A stretch of 35,208 nt of DNA. Source: Phoronis australis (taxonomy: Eukaryota; Animalia; Phoronida). The stretch lies in NCBI GenBank assembly GCA_002633005.1, contig NMRA01000393.1, positions 197,210 to 232,417 on the forward strand, written 5' to 3'. Position numbers and translations under genes: made by a program. This document shows, piece by piece, positions 1 through 31,854 of this stretch. Under the pieces are notes generated by a model. It had not been told where the DNA came from and did no database searches. It worked only from the letters and a program-made list of their open reading frames with translations. Each line of letters opens with the position of its first letter. The stretch's first letter is position 1.

Positions 1-1010
1 CAAAGAATGACAAATGAAGGGGGTAACAGGAAAGTCACGAGAACAAGTGTTACGTGGCGCGTCCCTGTTTGCTGCTCATTCAAAACAGGCTTCTTAAATA
101 CAATAAAAAGGGACTCCAATAAAGGTTGTTCGCGTACTTATTTTCAATTCTATTTTATTAATAGTTTCATAGAAAATAATCTGTTTTCGAATCAAAATAC
201 ATCGTTTTTGCGATGGTTCAGACCTAAATTGCTGCAATATACCATTAGTTTTCATTCTTATATTATGCTGCAGAAAATCTCAAGGTTATATTACTAGTCA
301 TATTCCGGTGTTTTCCGACATACTTGATTTCCCACCTCTCTACAGTCTCTGTTTTCCATAACCAAGCCTCAAATGGCTTTTTGTTCGCTAGTTCCCGCGT
401 GTCCGCTGAGGGGTAGAAGACACGCAAATATTATTCAGCAGCACACGTTTTATCACTACCACCTCGGCAGTCATTGGTTAGCTTTACAACAAAGAAAGAA
501 CATGGCGGGCTGTGAACGATTTTTAGCCTCAGGCTATCAACATATGAGTTTGCGAACCGAAGTTTTCTCTTTACTGCAAATATTTCTCTTCTGCAGTAAT
601 ATACAGTTTAATGTTTAATGTCTATCGTTTCTGTTTAATAACCGCGTGTACGAATTAATCAGTGTGTTATTCATGCTGTGTGAATACAGGGCAGCAACGT
701 AAACAAAAGTCAGTGACAGTAGAAAAATGGACACGGAAAAGGCGACCACAACTTTCCCATTCACATTTCTTGAACATATTCCCATTAAGCACCGATTTGT
801 CTGAACAACAGTCCACAAACTATATCTACATAAGTTTTCACTTCCTCCATCAGTCATGCCAGTTTGCTTACGTAAAGCGTTTCCTGTTAACAATTCAACC
901 AGCCGTACTGAGAACAAAAAATTCCCGGGGTAAAATTAAATGATACCTGCGTGTCCTCAACCCCCCTGCGGACACTCAGGGAACCAACGAGCAAACGGCT
1001 AAACCGATCA

Positions 1011-1120
1011 GCGCCATCTTGAGGCTTGGGTACGAGGCCCACGAAGATGACCACCAGGTAGCGCAGTATCTTTGATTGGCCAATGAAATCCAGAGTGTTT
1101 ATGTTCTCCGTAACCACATT
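1011..1120. promoter_or_regulatory. Probable KIF3A promoter, possibly bidirectional: palindromic double CCAAT box and YY1-like motif
   Basis: ATTGGCCAAT palindrome at 1075-1084 and GCGCCATCTT at 1011-1020, in a CpG-rich patch 110-180 bp upstream of the ATG. Confidence 0.5.
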
Positions 1121-1191
1121 TTTTCTGCGGAAGAATTTTCAGTTTATTAGTAGAGGAAATGGCCTGAGTTGCTGTTGCGGATAAAAGGATA

Positions 1192-23117
<21,926 letters not shown>

Positions 23118-24652
23118 AGTGACGTTTGGTGACTGCGCAACACAATTTACAGTGAATAGAACAGTGACGTCTAGTCTGTTTGAAGAGTTAACCTAATCTC
23201 TAGGCATTCATGTCATGAAGGTGTGAAGCTCAAATCTAAACTGCACTCTTTTTACCTTGTCCATGATGACACCTTTGTATCATCAGGTTTTGTTTGTTCT
23301 GCAAGCAACACTATTATTGCAAGGTTTGCAGGCTCTTTTAAAATAACAAAATGTTCACCGTTCTGTCTTGAATGCATTTTGTGGCACATGCATGATGTGT
23401 TTTAGGTCTCAAGTTCTAAAAGCTCTGTGTACTAAATTAAAGGCATCAAAATCTTGTGAAAACTGGCAACTTGTACAAGGCATCAAAATCTTGTGCATTC
23501 AAAGGTAACTCACTTCTCTATTAATGCCAACAGTATGCCATCATGAGTAAGTGTTCACATGATACTTAGTGCTTCATATAATTGTTGTTGTGTTCTCCAT
23601 GTAACTAGCCAAGTTACTTTCTAGTTGTCACAGCTGTCTAATGTGTAATTCATATTGAATTTTTAGCTTTTATTTGTACTGAAATATTAGTGCCAAATTC
23701 AATAAGTGATAACATTTAAATGCGAACTCAATCACAAATGAAAATGTTTTAGATGTTGGTGAATCTCATAAAAACTCATTTTGCTAAAAATAACCAGATA
23801 TGGTCACCTGTTTAAATTGTATATTTCACATTGACTGAACAGTGTTAAAACAACGTTAATAGTAAAAAACATAACTGTATTTTATGTATACTTATTGCAC
23901 TTTGTTAGAAAGGTAAACAAATATTTAAAACTTGATATGTCGCTTTGTTTGTAAATCTAAAACCAATTAAGTGTATAAGATAAATTATTTCAAAATGATC
24001 CTAATCTGTGTTCTATTGATTGCTCTTTCAGAGATCTACACACTCGCAACTTCAAACTATTGTAAAACAAATTATGTCAAAATGCAGCCTATGAACTTGA
24101 CATTTGCCTTGTATCAGAAACTGAATTATTTCTTGACACGCGAAGTTGAAACATAACACTTACAAGGCAAACTTACATGTGTATTGTCCCAATTCAGTTG
24201 CGCCAATTGCATGCTGGTTGTGCACAGGCAATAGGACTACTACTAAACTTACATTCACTAACCTGGTTTGCAACGTAGAACTAACATCCATGCTTCAAGT
24301 AAAATGCCAGACAGTCACTGGAATGCAGTTCAACTAAAAACATTATTTAAAGGAAACCTGATGACACTCCAAATTCCAGACAGTTCATTTTCTAATTCAT
24401 GCAGTTTTAAGTATGACAGTTGATAAGTACAGTCTGTTATTTTTGTTTTTCGTGGAGGTATTAACACCCCTTCTGAGTGGACAACTAGTATTATTGCATT
24501 CAAACTAAACACAAATTTCAGACCAAGCACCACGGACTATCTGAGTATCTACACTTACAACAACCAGTCCCAACACAGAACCATTTACACACCTCGCCTC
24601 ACACAAATCGCCTACTAGATAGCAACCATTCAGTTTCCCAGACCCCAATCTT

Positions 24653-26556
24653 TCACCATTTCTGTACAATAACGCTCCAGTTGGCATGATCATACTGAGA
24701 CTCAACCACCTCCAAACAGGGAACGTATTTCTCAATCAAACTCACCAACTCACCCTCTCGGAACACATGATAATAACGCCTGCAGTCTTTGTCATTTGGC
24801 TGACAACTGTAATCGCGTTGCTTGCCAGGCAAATTCGACCCCGAGGAAGCGTCTGCTGTCACGTGCACATGGCATGCTGCACTCGTCAACTGTGACTTTG
24901 AGGCTTGTTGAGCACTTACAGCATTGCAGGCTAGGAGAATAGACTCCTCTGCCTTAAGTAGTTCTTGAGTAGTCGAGTAGTCATGAATGAATACATCACC
25001 CTCATCCTCATCATCACTATATGCTATTCTACCTGTATCCTGTCTCAATCGTCTTCTACCACGTGACTTTCGTCTCAGTGATGGTTTAGACATATTTTTA
25101 GCGTGTGTGCTTGATTCTACTCTCGACGTACAAGAGGTAGCTATGTAGCTGGACTCTGAGTGTCTCGTCTTGACACCATTTTCATGAACACTAGTATTAA
25201 AGCCTGTCACATGAAGATCTTCAATATGTGCACAATTCATTTGTTTTTTGCAATCTGACAATTCTTGTTTCTCCAAGTTTCTGTATCTGTCATCCTGGAG
25301 TGACCGTGACTGTCTTATGTCGTGTTTATTCAGATGATTAGCACAATGACTATTTGGATGTTTATTGTAGTCAGGATTTATGGACCTGCTATCACTCTGA
25401 GAAAGAGGCTGGTGGGAGATTACAATGTCAGAAGTATTACCTTGACTACTCTGAGGAAACTCTCTCACAGCAAACAGCTCACTACCCCTATCTGGTTTTA
25501 CACAGGATCCCATGAACAAGTTGGTCTCATTCGTTACAATGAACTTGATCAGTTCCTTATAGGCCACATCCTTGTCCATGTTATCAGAGGCAGTTGAAGG
25601 CTGTTCAACTTTAATGTTGTCTCTAACAACTGTGTTGGACTTTTGGTGGACCTTCTCCTTGTTGGAATGTTTAAGGTTAAACAACTTCCTGAAGGTGGAT
25701 GCAATTTTATCAGAGAAACTAGTCTCTTTTGACCCAGTCTCCACCCCTTTGCCATTACGCATTTGTGATTTCCTAACTGCTTCATCACAATCTATATTGT
25801 GAGAAGATTTCAGTGACAGGCTGAGGTCGTGACCTTTGTGGTGGAGATAGCAACAGAAATGAACACTGCTGTCACTACGATGTAAAGACGAAGGGGTTCC
25901 CTCAGATTTCTGATAGACAGTTGGAGAAACCTGTACTCCAAAATGTCTTGGGGATGGTGGGACAGTTGGTGATTCTCCAAGGCTACAGTGAAAGTGGTGA
26001 CTATCCATCCACATAGCACAGGCCTCGTGATCTCTACTGGCATCCTTTACAAACTTGTGGTTTGATTTGTCTCCTTGTTTTACACAACTTGACTTATTGC
26101 ACATATTAATATTCTTGCTCGTTCTTGATACAGTGGGCTGTGTCCAAAGTGCTTCGCCTGTTGTGTCTTCACCAGTTTCTCTCATCCTCTGCTGGCAGGG
26201 AAGACAACTTGTAGAGTAGATATCATAGTTAGTAGCCTTAAAACCATGCATGTATTTAACATCCTGTTCTAAATCATTCGCCCATTCATCCATGTCACTT
26301 GTTGATGAGTGCCTGGAACAGCCTTCACTGTCCAGCTGATTTAAACAATCCTCCGTCACTAGAGAGCGCAGTTTTTGTGACGTTAAACTGCTGCTACTTC
26401 TGCTCTGCTGAGGGGCGTCACAAACGCCGGTGGGTTTATGGGCCGATAATGCAGGGAAATGAATGGGCGGATGGTCAGAATCTAAACTTGATATGTCTTC
26501 TTCACTGAATGAGCTGGTACTGGAGCACCGGTCTTTAGAGAGACTTCTTACACGAT
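24653..26556 (-). CDS. TRMT9B: TRMT9B-like terminal exon (1.9 kb: low-complexity insertion plus C-terminal RYYHVF...HANW segment)
   Basis: ctgtttcttcag|AT CGT GTA..., phase 1, open and in frame with the 568-aa ORF 24653-26359. Confidence 0.9.
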
Positions 26557-29500
26557 CTGAAGAAACAGAGAGATAGTTATGGAGTAGGGACCTTTAGACA
26601 GACTTGTGACATCTGAAGAAACAGAGATATAGTTATAGGGAGTAGGGACCTTTAGACAGACTTGTGACATCTAAAGAAACAGAGATAGTTATAGGGAGTA
26701 GCGACCTTTAGACAGACTTGTGACATGTGAAGAAACAGACTCAGATAGTTATAGGGAGTAGAGACCTTTAGACAGACTTGTGACATGTGAAGAAACAGAG
26801 ATATAGTTATAGGGAGTAGGGACCTTTAGACAGACTTGTGACATCTGAAGAAACAGAGAGATAGTTGTAGGGAGTAGGGACCTTTAGACAGACTTGTGAC
26901 ATCTGAAGAAACAGAGATATAGTTATAGGGAGTAGGGACCTTTAGACAGACTTGTGACATCTGAAGAAACAAAGAGATAGCTATTATACAACAACTTATC
27001 ATAAACATTGTTCGCTGCCTGATCTTTAACAACATCCATAACTACGCAACTATTTAGTGTAAGTGTAGATCTAATTGGTCAAGACAAGTCCTGGAAAAAT
27101 TACCAACAGCCTGTGAGTGACAACTTCAATGACAAGCTCATATACACATTGCCAGATACCAAGTCTATATTGTCCTTCTTCAAAGAGCAATATGACCAGA
27201 TAAAATGCAAGTAGACACTGGAAATCAACTTGCCACATACCTCGTTAGGGGTAACCTGGTGGCCACAGTTGTATTGTCATATTACCAAAGTTAGAAGTAG
27301 CCTGGTGGCCACAGTTGTAGTCATATTACCTAGTTAGAAGTAGCCTGGTGGCCACAGTTGTAGTCATATTACCTAGTTAGAAGTAGCCTGGTGGCCACAG
27401 TTGTAGTCATATTACCTAGTTAGAAGTAGCCTGGTGGCCACAGTTGTAGTCATATTACCTCGTTAGAAGTAGCCTGGTGGCCACCTTTATATTGCTATAC
27501 TATTGACTCATTGACTCACAGTTCATCTATTATTGAATCAGATGTAGAGACGTTCCCTAATCTGCAGCAAGCAAATAAATCTGGGAAACCTTGGCCATGT
27601 AAAGCACCTTGGCCATGTAAAGACCTTGGCCATGTAAAGACCTTGGCCATGTAAAGCACCTTGGCCATGTAAAGCACCTTGGCCATGTAAAGCACCTTGG
27701 CCATGTAAAGCACCTTGGCCATGTAAAGACCTTGGCCATGTAAAGACCTTGGCCATGTAAAGCACCTTGGCCATGTAAAGAACTAGGCCATGTAAAGCTT
27801 TTTAGAAGACAAAAGCACAAGCCTTTAGAAAAGAAACATTCAACAATTAAGAAATCAGAGATAAAGCTATTGTTTTTGCTGAAATGTTTTTCCTTAGTAC
27901 TAATAAAAGTAAAACAACAAGAAATATAATAATAATATTGCAAATTTCATATTTCTCCATTTTTGGTAGGCAACATCAATCAATACACAAAATACCTTGC
28001 TACACCTGTCATCATATACATATAGCTCAGTCTGGATAAATTCAGTGACTTTTTTCAGAGTTAAACATTGCTTAGAAATTAAGTAATAAGAGTTAGTCAT
28101 CAGTTTTATAAGTTATCGTTTTCATCATTGTATCCGACCACCTCATTGTATCTTGCCACATCATTCTATCTGACCACATCATTATACCTGACCACATAAT
28201 TCTACCTGACCACATCATTGTATATTACCACATTAATGTATATGACCACAGCACAAAATGTTTGGGTCTGGTGCATTTTAGGTTAAGATTAAAAAAAATG
28301 ATTAATTCTCCTTAAACTATTATTTTCTAAATAAATAAATCTGCATATTCAATGAAAAATTTCCCACAAGAAATCAAAGACGGAAACTTATTGAGCCATG
28401 CATAGCAGTACCAGTGCAGGGTATGTAATGCGATTATTGAGTCATGCATAGCAGTACCAGTGCAGGGTATGTAATGCGATTATTGAGCCATGCACAGCAG
28501 TACCAGTACAGGGTATGTAATATGATTATTGAGCCATGCATAGCAGTACCAGTGCAGGGTATGTAATATGATTATTGAGCCATGCAACTAAGCAGTACCA
28601 GTGCAGGGTATGTAATGTGATTAAAACTAGAATGAGTTATCACTTTTGGTACAATCCTCAAACGATCATGCTTAACGCAATATGAACCATGTAGTGATGT
28701 CAAAAATAACTTTCTTCAAATGTGTGTTTACTCCGCTTCTACAACACCATTAACACCTTCTTATGTTTTGTTTTGATTGAAGTAAAATATGAAAATATTA
28801 TCAAAATGCTATGACAGCAATACTGCTTTATTGGCTGACAAATAACGCAGTGTGACAAGCAACGTCTTGAGTCAGGCCTGAGGAATAAAGACCTGATGGT
28901 TATTCTCAGTCTGGTCTGACGTACCGTAAACCTTCAGGTAAACGCCCATGTTCACTGAACCGCCCATCCCCAACTTTAGGTGGATTTTCGATTTAACCGC
29001 CCACTGCTCGGTTAACCGCTCCTCTGCGATTTTTGAAGATTTCCAGTTCACACCCACATCTCAGTTAAGCGCCCATCCCCGACCCTTGAAGATTGGTGAT
29101 TATGCGCCCAATGCTTAGGAAATGCGCGATTACCCATTTTAAGACAAAAATCGATGATAACAAAGAATACAACGACAGCGTTGGAGACGTTGGTTTGGAG
29201 CTTTGGCAATGTGAATTATAATACAAGTAACAAATTATTGTCAAGGGTCATGGATTTGCTTCAAAATGTAATATCTTGAACGCTTTGTCACTTTATTTTC
29301 TTCCCATGTTCGCAAAACTAAGAATCCCGCTGGCTTCAATACCTACGATTTCAGCGATGCCGTCTGCCGCGCTAAGTTTCCGTCAGCAGTGCTCTAGATA
29401 AAACATATATTCGCAAAAATAAAGCCAGAGAAACGTGACAGTGGTCTTGCCAACACTCATAATTCGCTTTAGGTGGGAAGCTCGGATTTTGAAGAATTCC

Positions 29501-31854
29501 TTTAACTTTGTGAATATTGTTTTCACCTACCTTTTTAGCCCTTCCGAATAATTTTGTTTCTTCACTGGCTAGTTTCAACCGAAACAAAATCCTTCCCATT
29601 CGAGTCGGAAATATCTACGACGTAGGCTGACTGACAATTGACAGTAGTGGGGAGGGGGTGAACCCCTGGGGCCTAGGGAACATTGAGCCGCGAATTATCA
29701 GAACTAAGACTTCGCGTCGCAATTTTGGGGTACTTTAGTTTTTTAAAACAGCAGGAGGCCCAAGTTCAGTGTCAAATAAACACCCAGTCAGCTTAACCTA
29801 CAGTCAAGCCACTATACTCTTAAACTTAACTTTTTACTCTCGCTGTTCTCTTTTGATGTGCGACTTTGGTGTGGTGCGCGCACGCGAGTTCCCACGCTCT
29901 GGAGTGCAAGTTACCTTGACTGTAAGTGACAAGTGACTCATACGCGCGTGCTCAACCCCGGAAAGAAGGTCATGAGAATTTGTTTGCCACTGTCTTTTGC
30001 CATAAAAACGAGACGCACATTGAAACAGGCCATTATATTCCTTAACGCCATTTCCAAGTCGCAATCGTTTGCGGGGATGAAAGTTTAACAATGGGTAGAA
30101 ACATCGCTGTTTTGTGACGTTTTATCACATATGTATGTCGCGGTCTAGGTTGCATGTTATGACTAAATATGGTTGGGCGCTTCCATTTTGGTGTCAGGAA
30201 CGAGTCATTAATAACATGCCTTTAACGAAGACACGGAACAATGGCCCGTATCAGCTAGTACTCAAAACAATGCCTCCTAAATTATGTCGGTGGTGTTTCC
30301 AAAATCGTTGGTAATGTACCAACCGAGTGTGGTCTTGTTTTTTTTATTTCATTGCTCAGGGTGGTGATGTTTCGTGTACTGTCACGTAGCATCCAGAAAG
30401 GTAGGGCACGGAATTGAAGTTCTTGTCAAGTACTGCTTTCATGGTTCTTCCACGGCAATGAAATATATTCGACAAGTGTAGTCTCATTGATGAGTACACG
30501 CTGACACGAGTTCTGCTCGTGATCCACAGGAAATAATTGTGTCTCCTTCAGTAAAGAGCATGAGAATACGGGTATTTTACCGCCATAGTAAGGCAAGTTC
30601 CCAGTTCCGCTAAAACTGATTGTCAGTGAAAGGCAAGCGAGTTGCTCACGTTTTGGAATTTTAGTTTTGGGAGATGAACGTTCACAAAAGCACACACACT
30701 TTTAAGGTCTCGATCATAAAAATGGGGGTGGGCGGTAGGCCGAGCATGGGCGCTTAAAATTGAAAAATTGAAAATTTCGGGGGTCGGCCGTAAGCCGAGC
30801 ATGGGCGGTAACCCGGACGAGTACAGTAAATCATAAGTTGTTTTTGATAGATGTGGGTTAATTACAAATTTTAGTGAGATAACTTTCGTCATATGTTTGT
30901 GAAACTGAAATTACTACTTGATGTCAAAATACCTCTCCGTCTGCCCTTCCTGAGTGGGTGAGGCTGCCAGGGGATGAGAACATCTTGACCTTCAAACTAT
31001 GGACAAAACAAATATATTAGCAAGAGGTAGTGCTACTGGAACACATGATATCAACAAGTCCTTCACAAGTCAATCTAGTGACTACAAAATGTTAACGACT
31101 CTATACAAGACCCACAAACAGTCACTATGGGTCAAGACATGATCAGGAAGTAACAGCATGTGCACTCCACCTTTTGCACAAATCAAATTACACACAAAAT
31201 TACTTGGTTAGATTGGAATCGATAGGAATGCCATTTATATGGTAATAACATGAATTAATTTTTTCTGTACAAATATTCATGATGGAAAATAACAATTTTC
31301 CTAAAAATCACAAGTCCCAATGTTAGCATTTTAAAATAATTTGAATTTAGAGAACAATGCATATTCAGATCATAGTATCTGAAAGTTCCATTTGAACGTG
31401 ATCAGCTTTTAGTGAAACACAAGGCTCTGAAGTTCTGTCATTTCCTAATATAATGTATATCCTTAAATAGCCAGTGCCAAGCCCTTCTCATTTCAACTAA
31501 TAATGACCTTTGACCCCTGCTCCACACTAAGCTCTATACAATTAACATGCACGTCCACCTTTCTACGCTTCTGCTCAAGTGCCCAGACATAGATCATGAG
31601 TCGTCCACCAGATGTCAGTATTCTTGCTAGTTCCTGGATGGCTCTGACGCGTCGATCTAGTGTTGAGAAATGATGAATGACTCCAATAGAGATGACAGCA
31701 TCAAACACATTGTCTCTATAGGGAAGTGAGAGGTTATCACACATCATAGCCTGCTGTTGACTGTGACGAGCTATGCTGACTAGAGGAGTACACATGTCAC
31801 AACCAACAGTGTAGATGTCAGGATTAATGTTCAGGTATTTCCCATTGCCACATC
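24653..31854 (-). CDS. TRMT9B: Probable tRNA methyltransferase 9B (TRMT9B/KIAA1456-like), 3' three exons; the 5' exon(s) were not found in the window
   Basis: Exons 31854-31559, 30996-30933 and 26556-24653, with compatible phases. Trm9-family motifs GCGNGKYL, SIGVIHHFST, LMIYVWALEQ, FEGQDVLIPW, RYYHVFREGEL and YDHANW. The long insertion between DVLIPW and RYYHVF, and YDHANW, favour TRMT9B over ALKBH8. Confidence 0.88.
26522..26980 (-). repeat. 56-60-bp tandem repeat, ~8 copies, spanning the TRMT9B terminal-exon acceptor
   Basis: + strand unit ATCTGAAGAAACAGAGATATAGTTATAGGGAGTAGGGACCTTTAGACAGACTTGTGAC at 26555, 26611, 26669, 26725, 26785, 26843, 26901 and 26959 (partial). Confidence 0.95.
27238..27484 (+). 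repeat. 43-bp tandem repeat, ~5.5 copies
   Basis: CCTGGTGGCCACAGTTGTAGTCATATTACCTAGTTAGAAGTAG at 27255, 27301, 27344, 27387, 27430 and 27473 (partial). Confidence 0.95.
27588..27798 (+). repeat. 17/18-bp minisatellite x12
   Basis: ACCTTGGCCATGTAAAG(C). Confidence 0.96.
28123..28250 (+). repeat. Degenerate 18-bp minisatellite x7
   Basis: Consensus CATCATTGTATCTGACCA. Confidence 0.85.
28388..28623 (+). repeat. 46-bp tandem repeat x5
   Basis: TTATTGAGCCATGCATAGCAGTACCAGTGCAGGGTATGTAATGCGA. Confidence 0.95.
28924..30826 (-). mobile_element. Diverged, inverted relative of the 13648-15937 element, probably chimeric
   Basis: TA|CCGTAAACC... start; 28924-~30135 aligns in reverse complement to blocks of 15937-~14335; far end GGGCGGTAACCCGGACGAGTACAG|TA. 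Confidence 0.8.
30933..30996 (-). CDS. TRMT9B: TRMT9B-like exon (FEGQDVLIPWQPHPLRKGRRR)
   Basis: ccatag|TTT ... AGAG|gtattt on the - strand, 64 nt, phase 0-1. Confidence 0.88.
31559..31854 (-). CDS. TRMT9B: TRMT9B-like exon, SAM-binding methyltransferase core
   Basis: ttttag|GA TGT GGC AAT GGG AAA ... AGA AAG|gtggac on the - strand. Confidence 0.92.

Noticed and set aside
1103-1115. RFX X-box-like GTTCTCCGTAACC upstream of a ciliary gene
   Set aside because: Spacing is shorter than the 13-14-bp consensus and one half-site is poor; plausible but not supportable.
27516-27943. MAKVLY/HGQGAL repeat ORFs
   Set aside because: They are translations of the 17/18-bp minisatellite.
27996-28031. 36-nt - strand exon candidate (ccag|ACTGAG...CAAG|gtattt) in TRMT9B
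   Set aside because: It reads GAC TGA in the required phase, and the flanking exons join correctly without it.
24653-31854. ALKBH8 as an alternative identity for the methyltransferase
   Set aside because: No RRM or AlkB exons are seen in the window, and the very long insertion and YDHANW motif fit TRMT9B better. The 5' end is missing, so this is not fully excluded.
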